From the NCBI GenBank assembly GCA_963760795.1, contig CAVXEP010000001.1, positions 96,001-160,000 of the forward strand: a stretch of 64,000 nucleotides of DNA, in the 5' to 3' direction. This DNA comes from an uncultured delta proteobacterium (GTDB taxonomy: Bacteria; Desulfobacterota; Binatia; UBA9968). Position numbers and translations under genes: made by a program. The notes beneath the pieces were generated by a model that did not search any database, was not told the origin of the DNA, and saw nothing but the letters and a program-made list of their open reading frames with translations. Below, piece by piece: positions 10,431-19,817 of the stretch (its first letter is position 1; every line of letters starts with the position of its first letter).

Positions 10431-10689
10431 GGATTTGTTGTGCTTGGGAGTATTCGGCGTCATCGCCGAACTGTGGTCCCTGCCGGCAATCAATCTCAAG
10501 AGTCCGCGTTTGACTGGCCGCGGCGCGCGCCGAACTCCCTCGCAAGATACTAAACATAGGCAATTTATAGTTGCAATTGAGGCAAAAGTTAGTCACCACG
10601 ACTCGGACGGCTTTGGGCAACCGCTTCGAGATGGAGAAGCCGAGATAGTAACCACACTTGGGACAAGACCGGGCGCGATATTTGGACAT
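10420..10689 (-). CDS. small zinc-ribbon protein
   Basis: CPKC...CLNC pair; TTGACA upstream; stop overlaps the next start region. Confidence 0.5.
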   Translation of the reverse strand: MSKYRARSCPKCGYYLGFSISKRLPKAVRVVVTNFCLNCNYKLPMFSILRGSSARAAASQTRTLEIDCRQGPQFGDDAEYSQAQQIHGQ

Positions 10690-10966
10690 GACGATATTGC
10701 TTCTGGTGATGGTACTTATTCATATCATCGGCGAATGTCAAGAAAGGGGGCTCTTCCGCTGATCGCAGTGATATTCAGTTCACCGCGCCTTGGATAGTCC
10801 GCTTTCCCACGTTGTCATCTTTTAGCTAAGGATTGCAACGAATCTTCCCAGCATTTTTATTACGTCTTTTGTTTCGCCGCTTGGCGGAGCGCCAGCAGTG
10901 TCCAGGCTGATGGCCATCGACTTTAATACCGATTGATCTTTGTATAAACAAAATCGTTAGCCACGC

Positions 10967-10993
10967 AAAAAAAGCCGGGAGACTGCTCCGGCC
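10967..10993 (-). terminator. rho-independent terminator after the grdB-like gene
   Basis: GGCCGGAG-CAGT-CTCCCGGC hairpin followed by T7 on the - strand, just after the stop at 11007. Confidence 0.8.
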
Positions 10994-11006
10994 ATGCTCG
11001 TCGTAG

Positions 11007-12311
11007 TCAAACTTCGGTCGGTTTGTCAGCTTTGCTCTCCAACGACGCCAGCGCTTTTTCCATCAATGCGATGCGCCAGCGCCGTTCTTCCTCGGCGGGC
11101 AGCTCCGGCTGGCCGACCGGATAATGAAACTTATTGCCGCCGACGATTCTGCCGACGCCAACTTGCGCGGCGACGTTGGCCAGGCAGGTGATGAGCACCA
11201 CCGGGATTCCTTGTTTCTCAATTTCTTTTGCGATCGTAGCGCCGCTACGCGTGCCGGTGCCTCAGGTCGCGGTCAAGATGACGGCGTTCACACCGGAGTT
11301 CGCCAGTTCCCCGGCGATGCCGGCGCCGAGCTCAGCCATCTTGCTCGGCATCGCGCCGGTGCCGGTGGTGACGAAATAGCGCTCGTGAAGTTTTTTGAAG
11401 CGTTGGTTCTTCTCCAGCTGGCGCATCGCATCCAGCGGCACAATGCGGTCGGGATCTTCATCCACCATCGAGGTGTCGTAGCCAGTATGCATCGCTGCGA
11501 ATTCGCCGCACTTCAAATCGTCCAGCCCGGCCAGCGAATATTTGAAATAACGTGAGCCGCGCGAGCTTTCGAGCCGATCCGGATTACCCTTGGGCACGAG
11601 ACCGCCTTCGGTGACGAGAGCCACCGTGGCGTCTTTCAAGCTGCCGGTTAGATTGGGAATCATGTGCCGCGCGGTTGTGATGAGCGGGATCTCGCTTTCG
11701 TAGGTTTCGCCGTTAAGCTTGGCGAGCATGAGATCGACGGCGCGGACATAATCCGGCTTGGCGGTTCTGACGGTGAAGCGGCGTGGAATCGGCAAGCAAT
11801 GCTCGGCGCGGAAGGCTTCCGCGCCGGCTGGGTCTTGCGCTATTAACAGTTCGACCAGCGCTGAAAAGCGTTTTGCCGCCTCCGCCATGGACGCCGTGGA
11901 GGCGCCGGTTTGCACGACGAATACTTGGCGGCCGATCTCCTGTGTGCCCGGATTGTTTTCATGCATGCCGGTGATTGCCGGAATACGCCAGTTGTCGCGC
12001 ACCCAGCTGCACGCCTTGGCGCAGGCGATACCGTAGCGGCCGGCGTTGAAGGCTGGGCCGGCCAGGAAGAAATCGGGCTGAAACCGGTCGATGGCGGCGC
12101 GCATCGATTGCAGTGCTTGCTCTTCTTGTTCATGAAAGTAGTTGTCGCCGCAGGCCAGCGTTGCATACTCGACGCCGCGCTGCTGGAAACTCCTTTCGAT
12201 TTCAACTCCGATACCGACCGCCTGCGGCAAAAATATAACTTCCTGCCCGGCCTTCTCTTCGCCGCCGATGCCGGCGAAGAACTGATTCAAATAATGGAGC
12301 ACTTTGATCAT
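11007..12311 (-). CDS. grdB: glycine/sarcosine/betaine reductase selenoprotein B family (Sec at TGA 11262-11264), 434 aa
   Basis: HYLNQFFAGIGGEEKA, CGDNYF, GPAFNAGRYG and VPKGNPD motifs. After ILTAT-TGA the same frame continues GTGTRSGATIAKEIEKQGIPVV... to the stop at 11007. Confidence 0.9.
11235..11264 (-). promoter_or_regulatory. in-frame UGA plus bacterial SECIS-like hairpin
   Basis: TGA, 12 nt, then CGTAGC-GGC-GCTACG perfect stem with a G-first loop 18 nt after the UGA. Confidence 0.7.
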
Positions 12312-12322
12312 GTCGTTCCTCT

Positions 12323-13612
12323 CTAGTTTTCATAGACCGCGCGAAAGCCGCTCATGCCCATTTTGCTGTAGGAACCGAAGAAAATCGTCGGGTCGAAGAG
12401 AAAAGGTTCACGCGCGTCATGGCGCGCTTTCAAGTGGAGGTCGATCTCAGGCCCGCCGATGACACTTTCCAGTGGTGGAATATAAATCTTCTCCGAAACA
12501 TTACCGCGGCTGATCATGCCATCGGCCTCTGCCGGATGATCGACCAGCGGCCGCTCGTAGCCCTTGGGTCCGTTGGATTCATGCAACACCGCGGCGGTCT
12601 TGATGCCTTCATCTTCGCATGCTTTCACGGTTTGCATGAAATCGACGGTGCCGTTGCCGGTGCCTTCCATGAAAGCCAGCGCGCCGTCGGCGCCCAAATT
12701 TTTTGCCAGCCGCGCCACCCACAGGCCCATTTTCTTTTTCTGCTCGAAGCTGTCGTTATAACCGCGCGAAAGAATCACACCGCGAAAGTTTATGCCCCTG
12801 CCGTGGCGGTTGAGCAATTCCCATATAAACGGATTGTCGCAATGCAGCGACGTCGGCACCTTGCGTTCGCTCTTAAAGTTGCCGCTGACCAGCGCGCCGT
12901 CGAAAAATTCCGCCGGATGGACGAATGTCGGCAGCGTCCGTGAGATTTCTTCGCCATAGTAAAATGTCCGGGCGCAGCGCACTTGGCTTTGTACTTGGTA
13001 GATCAAGACGACTTTGGGCAGACTCGCGTCTGACCGCAGTGAGCGCAATCCTGTGGCGCTGCGGGCGCGGCGTGGTGCTTTTCCGCTTGCGGCAATAAAG
13101 CGCGCGCAGCGCAGCGCCATGAGCCGGAGCGCTTGATCGAAGCCGGCATTGGAGACCGACGCATCGGCAGTTAGCGATAGCACCAGATGAAAACAATCCG
13201 AGCCGTAGGAGTATGGGGCGCCGACGCCGGTCATGTCGAGAATCCCCTCGCGCTGTTTCTCGATGGGAGTCAATTCGTCGAAATGAGGGAAGCGGCCGGC
13301 GACGGTGATGAGCAGGTTGCGAATTCGCACTGTCTGTCCCGTTCCCACGAGAGCTGCGGGACCGTCGAATCCCGGAAAAGTCGAGCCGCCACCGGAGAGT
13401 TTGGCGATCGGCAGGACCGTGTCGAGCACATGGACGATGCGCTTGGCTTCGCCGGGACGAGCGAGTTCGAAATCAACCCCGATGCCGTGACTAAGGTCGT
13501 CGATTTGCTTTTCAAGCTCGGCCCGGCAGAGCGAGAGGGCGGCGCCGTCAAGCCGCGTGCGCTCGCCCCATCCGAGATCTCCGATTGAATAATCGAGCAG
13601 TTCCAGTTCCAT
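12323..13612 (-). CDS. glycine/sarcosine/betaine reductase component B proprotein (GrdE/GrdI-like), 429 aa
   Basis: MELEL start, LARPGE..RI, FPGF, REGILDMTG.GA.YS, TFYYG, HPAEFFDGALVSGN, HG..INF.GVI, EG.GN..VD and GNVSE motifs; directly upstream of grdB. Confidence 0.85.
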   Translation of the reverse strand: MELELLDYSIGDLGWGERTRLDGAALSLCRAELEKQIDDLSHGIGVDFELARPGEAKRIVHVLDTVLPIAKLSGGGSTFPGFDGPAALVGTGQTVRIRNLLITVAGRFPHFDELTPIEKQREGILDMTGVGAPYSYGSDCFHLVLSLTADASVSNAGFDQALRLMALRCARFIAASGKAPRRARSATGLRSLRSDASLPKVVLIYQVQSQVRCARTFYYGEEISRTLPTFVHPAEFFDGALVSGNFKSERKVPTSLHCDNPFIWELLNRHGRGINFRGVILSRGYNDSFEQKKKMGLWVARLAKNLGADGALAFMEGTGNGTVDFMQTVKACEDEGIKTAAVLHESNGPKGYERPLVDHPAEADGMISRGNVSEKIYIPPLESVIGGPEIDLHLKARHDAREPFLFDPTIFFGSYSKMGMSGFRAVYEN

Positions 13613-13725
13613 CGCGCGATCCTTTCGACAAACGGAACGCTCGATGTTTATCGCGGCAGCAAGCTTGGTGTCAATGCAGTTCGAATCACTCCGATGCGGG
13701 TGCCGCAATGCCAGCAGGGTATTTC

Positions 13726-15048
13726 TTAAAATCGCGCGTCGACCCATTTCGCCACGTAGTCGAAAAAGTTTTTCACCGAATTGGAATATTGCCCCTTGGT
13801 TTTCTCGCACTCCGTGCATGGCGTGATGCCGTGGGTGGCGCCTTCGATGGTGATGAAGTCCTTATCCTTGCTCCTGGCGACCTCGTAGTGGATCTCATTG
13901 TCGCGGATAAAGTAATGGCCGCCCATGGCGCCGAAGAGGACCGGCACGGAAATCTGTTGCAGGGCGCAGACGGTGGAGTTGTTGCTCGAGCAATGGTCGA
14001 TGCCGTCGAGCGAATTGGTCGCGCGCACGGCATTGGCGCTCAAGAACGAGCGCACGGTGAGAAACAGCGTGCCGCCGTCGAAGGTAGAGTTCTGCTTGGC
14101 AATATCGGGCACGGCTACGCGCACACTGTCGAGCATGCAGCAATCGTCGATACTGCCGTCGTTTTTGAGCAGCCGGCGCGGCGCGCTGGTGCTGCGCAGA
14201 ATGCTCAGGTCGAGCTGAAAGAGTTTGGCGGCGTCACCGCGGGGCACGATGAACGGCGCGTCGTCTTTCGGGTTTGCACTCGCTTCGATGCGGCGGAGTT
14301 TTTCCACTGCCAAGTCGATCAGCCGGTTCATGCGCTTGGCCTGTCCCTCGAAGTAGGTTTTTTTGAACGCCTCAGAATAGTGCGATGGACCGTTGGGGTT
14401 GTAGCCGTTCTTGGCATCGAAGGGGTCCAACTTCGGGTCGATCTTGGGCGCTTTGTTTTCGTTGATCATCGCGGCGTCGTTGATGACCGCGGGATTTAGA
14501 TTTCTCACCCCGGCGATGACCGGATTGCCTGGGTGGGCATCGCGAAAAATAATCCCGTCCGCCGGCGGCAATCCGGCGAGCTCGTTGCCGCACTTCAAAA
14601 TTCGCTGCGGCGCCTGGCAGTAGGCGACGCCGTTTTCGGCGACGGCTTGATAAAAACTCATGGTCGGCCCGCCGCCGCTGCCGCCGAGCAGCAAGACTTT
14701 GGCGATGCCGGCTTGCTTGCGCAGGAAGTTGACGCCGGATTTCACATCGAGAGCGATCTGGTCCCACTTCACCATGGCTTCGTTGTTGTCCGAGCGCGGA
14801 TTTAAGCACAGCACCATGTAGCCGCGCTTGGCGAGTTCAGTGCATGCAAGACTGCCCATAACGTTGCCAGTGCGATGCACGACCAAGATGCCCACCCGGG
14901 CGGCCGGCAATGGCGGATCGGGTTTGTACAGCGCGCCTTTTACCGCGGGTGGCGCGAACTGGATGTAGGTCGGATTACTTTGCGCGTGGGCGCGCTGAAC
15001 GGCGACAGACGCGATGAGTGTGAAAAAAATCATTTGAAACCGGCGCAT
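13726..15048 (-). CDS. secreted alpha/beta-hydrolase-fold protein
   Basis: Signal peptide ending AHA; LLGGSGGG nucleophile elbow; C-terminal EGATHG; several Cys pairs. Confidence 0.7.
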   Translation of the reverse strand: MRRFQMIFFTLIASVAVQRAHAQSNPTYIQFAPPAVKGALYKPDPPLPAARVGILVVHRTGNVMGSLACTELAKRGYMVLCLNPRSDNNEAMVKWDQIALDVKSGVNFLRKQAGIAKVLLLGGSGGGPTMSFYQAVAENGVAYCQAPQRILKCGNELAGLPPADGIIFRDAHPGNPVIAGVRNLNPAVINDAAMINENKAPKIDPKLDPFDAKNGYNPNGPSHYSEAFKKTYFEGQAKRMNRLIDLAVEKLRRIEASANPKDDAPFIVPRGDAAKLFQLDLSILRSTSAPRRLLKNDGSIDDCCMLDSVRVAVPDIAKQNSTFDGGTLFLTVRSFLSANAVRATNSLDGIDHCSSNNSTVCALQQISVPVLFGAMGGHYFIRDNEIHYEVARSKDKDFITIEGATHGITPCTECEKTKGQYSNSVKNFFDYVAKWVDARF

Positions 15049-15210
15049 GTTCACTTCCTTCCTGTGGTTGGTGCGGTCAACTTAGATGGAAACAGGAATC
15101 GGAACAAGAAAAATTTTGCGTATGCGCACAGCGAGGCAACGGCTGCTTGCTCAGTAATCTTGCTGCAGCCGGAGTATGAGTACCCTCTTAGCAAAATTCA
15201 GGGGAAAAAT

Positions 15211-15268
15211 GGAGCGCGGGCTTTCTAGCCCGCGTTGCTGATTTTGCGGACAGGGATGTCCGCGCTCC
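15211..15268. repeat. REP-like palindrome (GGAG-type)
   Basis: GGAGCGCGGGC..GCCCGCG and GCGGACA..TGTCCGCGCTCC inverted units. Confidence 0.6.
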
Positions 15269-15336
15269 TCTTTAGCGCCATTCGGCGCTGGAGCGGAAGG
15301 TGTCGCAGCTACAATGCGATTTCGCCGAGGATGTAG

Positions 15337-16821
15337 TTACTGCTCCGGCGATGCCGGGAAAATCAAAGACTTGATGACCACCGGCACGGCGCCGGAGGAT
15401 TGAATGAGCGCGCCGACATCGATGAAGTCGAAGTCGCTAAGCGCAATGCCGTCGATGGAGATGATCGCGCTGTCCAACTTCAGCTCTTCCTGGCAGTGCA
15501 GGCCGATGATGCCGCCGATGTCGCCGTCGTTGACCAAAACCAGCGGATGGCCTTTGGCGAGAATGTCTTTGAGACCTTCGGCCACGCCGCTGCAAAACGC
15601 TTGCAGCCGCGCGAAGGTCGCTGAGCCTTCCCAATGAAATGCTACGGCGACCGGCTGGCGGCCGTGCAGCATATCGAGGCGCCGCAGCGCGCTGAGCAAT
15701 CCGTCGCGCACGGCATCCTTGGTGAATTCTTCCTGACCCAGCGGGAACTCGGGCGCAACCACGGCGATGTTGCGCACCGGCACGGCGTCGTCAGGCATGA
15801 TGAAGATGGTGTTGCCGCTCACTTGCACGGTGTATTGAGACGCGCCGATGACGGTGGCGCGGATGCGCGCGTTGGGTTCCATCATCAGCAGGCCCAAGTT
15901 GCCGGCGCGTTTGTGCACTTCCTCGGCGATCAGCGGCCCCAGGTCGCCAAAGCTGGTCTTGGCGCGACTGTAAATAAATTCCGAGACGCCGCCGGAAAAC
16001 ATCACGCAATCGATCTCGCCGGTGTAGCTTAGCGGCGGCATGCGCAACAAGCTCTTGAAACCGTCGTCGATGGCCGATGGTTTCAACATGGCGAACAGCT
16101 TGTCGACCATGCCGGAGACCATTTTGCGTAAATTCTCTTCGGGAATTTTCTCGCCCATGGCCACCGAGAAGCCGGCCCAGCCAGCATGCTTGCGGGCGGC
16201 TTCTTCGATGCGCACGATGACACCGTCTTTGTCGAAGGCGAGCAGGCGGGCGCCGATGTCGATGGCCGATACTTCCTGGACTTTACCGTTGTTGCAGATC
16301 GCGAACTTGCTGGTGCCGCCGCCGATGTCGATGTTCAAAACTACGCCACCCATTTTCGCCGAGTGGGCTACCGCGCCCGAACCATGGGCAGCCATGGTCG
16401 CCTCAAGGCCGTCGCCGGCGCTGACCGCGACGAACTTACCGGCTTCCTGGGCGAACAGCTCGCCGATGGCGCGGGCATTGCGCCGACGCACGGCAACGCC
16501 GGTGAGGATCAATGCGCCGGTGTCGACCTGTTCGCGGCTAATTTTCGCGATCTTATATTGGTCGTTGATGAACTTGCCCAATGCTTCGACATCGATTCTC
16601 GTGTCATCGACGTAGGGCGTCAGGAGGATTTGCGATTCATTTATAACCTCGCGCTTGGTCACCCGGTAGCGCGACCCTTCGAGGGTCAGTTCGAGGCGAG
16701 AGAAAACCAGATGGGAGGTCGACGATCCAATGTCGACGCCGACGCTGGTGAGCCGTAGGTTTTCTTCATCCTGCATGTGGCGGTTGGCATTGGAAAACGA
16801 ACCTCTAGGTGCGGTGGCCAT
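15337..16821 (-). CDS. EutA-like (reactivating factor family) ASKHA ATPase
   Basis: SVGVDIGSSTSHLVFSRL, ILLTPY, DTGALILTG, NIDIGGGT, FSGGV and IRATVIGASQYT..VSG.TI motifs. Confidence 0.85.
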   Translation of the reverse strand: MATAPRGSFSNANRHMQDEENLRLTSVGVDIGSSTSHLVFSRLELTLEGSRYRVTKREVINESQILLTPYVDDTRIDVEALGKFINDQYKIAKISREQVDTGALILTGVAVRRRNARAIGELFAQEAGKFVAVSAGDGLEATMAAHGSGAVAHSAKMGGVVLNIDIGGGTSKFAICNNGKVQEVSAIDIGARLLAFDKDGVIVRIEEAARKHAGWAGFSVAMGEKIPEENLRKMVSGMVDKLFAMLKPSAIDDGFKSLLRMPPLSYTGEIDCVMFSGGVSEFIYSRAKTSFGDLGPLIAEEVHKRAGNLGLLMMEPNARIRATVIGASQYTVQVSGNTIFIMPDDAVPVRNIAVVAPEFPLGQEEFTKDAVRDGLLSALRRLDMLHGRQPVAVAFHWEGSATFARLQAFCSGVAEGLKDILAKGHPLVLVNDGDIGGIIGLHCQEELKLDSAIISIDGIALSDFDFIDVGALIQSSGAVPVVIKSLIFPASPEQ

Positions 16822-16917
16822 GGAAATCCTTACGGGTTTAAATTGGTTCGGCGTCGAGAGTCTAGAGTCTGGCGTCAAGCCAAACCCTAGACCCCAGGCG
16901 CTGGATGCGAGACGAAT

Positions 16918-18114
16918 TTAGTAAGAGTTCTTGTAAAGATCGGGTTCCATGCGCGATTTGGCGCCGACCTTTTCGAGGGTTTCCTCGAATTCTTTACGCA
17001 GGTACGGATCTTCTTCGTTGTACGGGATCGCGGTGCCGCCGTCTTTCAAGTCGATGGCGCCGTAGTCGATGCCCTTTTCGCCGGGCTTGCCGCGATCGCG
17101 CCCAGGCGCGTTGGGACCGAACCAGGCCGTGAGACGCAGCGGCTCTTTGCTGGCGCCAAAGTGAGCGTGGAACCAATTGCCGCTCATCGGCGCGGCGCTG
17201 ACCATGCCCACCGGTTCATAGTCCTGTCGTCTAATTTTTTCCGTCGTGCCTTTTTCCCAGGGGTGCATGCCTAATTCTGACGGCCAGGTGTAGGTATATC
17301 CTTTGCCGCTGAGGCAAATTAGCACGGCGGCGGAGCCATGCGCATGCGCCTTCGAGTAACGGCCGGTTTCATGCTGGCCGATCCACATGTAGAATTGCTG
17401 GCCAGCCATGTGCGGCTCGATACGCCGGTAACCCGGCGAGCGCCGGTTATCCATCGGCAATTCGCAGGACATCACGTCGGGAATGATGTTGGTCTGGCGC
17501 ATGGCGAGACCGCGCAGCGGATCGGGTGTCACTTCTTCTTTGTACTTGTAATAATCGTCGCTCGGATCGAAACGATCTTTGAAGTGATAGGGGCAATTGA
17601 AAATAAAATCGTCGTTGCCGAAATTATTCATAACGTTCGGCGCCGTGGTGCCGCCCAATAAGAGCGCCGGGCTGGAAGTCGCGTTAACAATTCGGTGGGT
17701 CGCGTTCATTGGAATGGCAAACATCGAACCTTTTTGCCACTCGAAGGTGATCTTCTTCGGATTGCCGTCGATCCACACTTCCGTGGTGCCGCGGCCGTCG
17801 ACGACGAGGTATTGTTCTTCGTACAAATGCTTTTCGGGATTCAACGCGCCGGCGCCGGGAACCTCAACAACGTAGCAGCCCCACAAACCTTCGGTGCCCA
17901 GTAGCTGAATAAAGGTGCCGTTGCCGCCCATGCGTTTCCACGGCTTGCGCGGCAAATCCTGTACGCGGCGCACGCCGATGTCACGATAGATCGGAATACC
18001 CTGCGACTCCATGTAGTTGTCGTAAGGCGTGTTTGGCCGGAGAAATTTTCCATAGCCTGCCCGGGTCTTATTATCCGTCGGTTCCTGAAATGCTTGCTCA
18101 GCGGGATGATCCAT
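16918..18114 (-). CDS. bicupin protein
   Basis: Two cupin motifs (PEKHLYEE...GRG / PMNATH and YSKAHAH...GKGY / WFHAHF); AAGGAGG RBS. Confidence 0.8.
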   Translation of the reverse strand: MDHPAEQAFQEPTDNKTRAGYGKFLRPNTPYDNYMESQGIPIYRDIGVRRVQDLPRKPWKRMGGNGTFIQLLGTEGLWGCYVVEVPGAGALNPEKHLYEEQYLVVDGRGTTEVWIDGNPKKITFEWQKGSMFAIPMNATHRIVNATSSPALLLGGTTAPNVMNNFGNDDFIFNCPYHFKDRFDPSDDYYKYKEEVTPDPLRGLAMRQTNIIPDVMSCELPMDNRRSPGYRRIEPHMAGQQFYMWIGQHETGRYSKAHAHGSAAVLICLSGKGYTYTWPSELGMHPWEKGTTEKIRRQDYEPVGMVSAAPMSGNWFHAHFGASKEPLRLTAWFGPNAPGRDRGKPGEKGIDYGAIDLKDGGTAIPYNEEDPYLRKEFEETLEKVGAKSRMEPDLYKNSY

Positions 18115-18340
18115 AATGCCTCCTTAAGAAATTGTTGGTTGTTTGACTCTGCGACTTGGCACGAGAAAAAAATGCTCAAGCAAGCCCAGGCGAATTACCC
18201 GATCAACTTATAGTCTAGCGAAATCGGAGTCAAATAGCCCTTGCGAATGACCTCGAATTTTAGCGGCTAAGCATATTTCCGATTGTCACTAGAGCGAACT
18301 ACATGGCAGGTAGACTCCAAATGCCGCCCAAGTCCATCGG

Positions 18341-18559
18341 TTAGGCCGAGTCAGTTTGTACGATACCTGGCAACTTACTCAGCGTAAGCTTTTTGAGATC
18401 TACTTTTAGGCTGGCATTGTCGATGTCTATCCCTACCAAATTGCCCGCGCTGTCGTAGTCGAGAACGACGCCTTCCGAAATCTCTCGGCTTTCGGTACTT
18501 GGGCGCTCCGAGAGATCGATATACAGCGAGTCCGTATCGGCGTAGTAGTTGAGTTTCAT
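18341..18559 (-). CDS. DUF2283 family protein (putative antitoxin)
   Basis: MKLNYYADTDSLYIDL...GVVLDYD..GNLVGIDI pattern; ATGA overlap with the upstream ORF. Confidence 0.8.
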   Translation of the reverse strand: MKLNYYADTDSLYIDLSERPSTESREISEGVVLDYDSAGNLVGIDIDNASLKVDLKKLTLSKLPGIVQTDSA

Positions 18560-18798
18560 GGTTTAAATCCTCGATCCGGAAAAGCGTTGTGAATAGTGAC
18601 CTTGTCCTCTAAAGTGATGACTCTCAGAACTCTTCCCTCTAGCTCGTCGATTCTACCCCAAAACCGATAACGGTTCATCTCCTGAGGTTCACTTCTTAAC
18701 GGCCCCTCTACAACTCGTATGCACCATTCCTTTTTCAAATACGAACGCTTGCGTAGAACCTCTCTCTCGAAATATTCCGTGAAGAGGTATTGCACCAC
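18556..18798 (-). CDS. small putative RelE/DUF4258-like toxin
   Basis: 80 aa, RYRFWG...LRVITLED..TIHNAFPDR; coupled to DUF2283; lower GC. Confidence 0.6.
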   Translation of the reverse strand: MVQYLFTEYFEREVLRKRSYLKKEWCIRVVEGPLRSEPQEMNRYRFWGRIDELEGRVLRVITLEDKVTIHNAFPDRGFKP

Positions 18799-18898
18799 GC
18801 GAGGAAGGATAGCCTGTTTTTAACGCTAGAACCAGACTTTTAATCAGCGCGTGTTTTTTGTTAACAGCAGAACGGTCGGGTGAGGTCGGCGCGGTGGC

Positions 18899-18945
18899 GG
18901 GTCATGTCTTGCATTGCGATAATGTGTGATTGCAAGATCTGGCCC
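18899..18945. repeat. imperfect palindrome
   Basis: GGGTCATGTCTTGCA ... TGCAAGATCTGGCCC. Confidence 0.45.
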
Positions 18946-19194
18946 AGTTCTCTTTCTCTATACGTTGAACCGCTAGATAGGCGGCATTATTTGAGCACGG
19001 GACATTTCCAGACGTTGGCTGCCTCCTCCGAAAAGTGCATGGCGAAGAACGGTTCGAGGATTCTCGTCTTAAGATGCCAAAGATAATTCACCCAGAGCCC
19101 ACAGATGGGTTATGAAATGAATTATCCTCTGTGGTAAAAACAATTTTTCTTTCAGATGGGCGAGCGCCGCTCGTCCCCTACGCCAGACTTGGCG

Positions 19195-19785
19195 CTATTT
19201 CGTAAACGTCAGCCGCTTGTAAACCTGCCGCACCGATTCGACATCCCGTTTGCAGTATTCGATGATCTCGGGGAGTTTGCCGGCGCGGTAGTAGGGGTAG
19301 ACTTTGGAGCCGTCGAGATTTTCCTTCGGTGACGGGATGCCGAGGACTTTCGATAGCGAATCGAGGCTGGCGTGTTCGCGGCCCCATTTGCTCCACTCTT
19401 GCATGGTGTCGTAGATCGGCGCGTTGCGGAAGCGGGTGAAGGGGATATCGCGGCTGGGTTTGATCTGGTGGATCACCGAGCGCTGGTAGATGAAGCGCAT
19501 GTCGAAGTCCAAGATGTTATGGCCGACGAAGAGATTGCAGTCGGGGACGATCTTCCAGAAGCCTTTGATGATGTCGGTCTCTTCGCCCTGCAAGACTTCG
19601 ATAGTCCCGCTGACCGACGGCTCAAAGGCGTAGCACAGGCAAATAATTTTTGCCGTGGCGGCGGACAGGCTTAGTTTTTTGATGATCTCCGCTTCGTCAA
19701 GTTTGATTTGCTCATCGAGCAAGCCGTTTTCCTGCAAGGCTTTGTCCGTCGGTACGGTTTCGATGTCGAAGTAAAATATTTTCAT
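19195..19785 (-). CDS. stand-alone DEDD 3'-5' exonuclease (PolB-exo-like)
   Basis: FDIET (Exo I), GHNILDFD (Exo II), YCKRDV (Exo III). Confidence 0.85.
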   Translation of the reverse strand: MKIFYFDIETVPTDKALQENGLLDEQIKLDEAEIIKKLSLSAATAKIICLCYAFEPSVSGTIEVLQGEETDIIKGFWKIVPDCNLFVGHNILDFDMRFIYQRSVIHQIKPSRDIPFTRFRNAPIYDTMQEWSKWGREHASLDSLSKVLGIPSPKENLDGSKVYPYYRAGKLPEIIEYCKRDVESVRQVYKRLTFTK

Positions 19786-19817
19786 ATTTGCTCTATCCTG
19801 TGATTCGCCGCCGATAC

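Noticed and set aside
11262-11264. grdB as a nonsense pseudogene or two separate ORFs
   Set aside because: The TGA is at the family Sec position, homology continues in frame, and a SECIS-like hairpin follows
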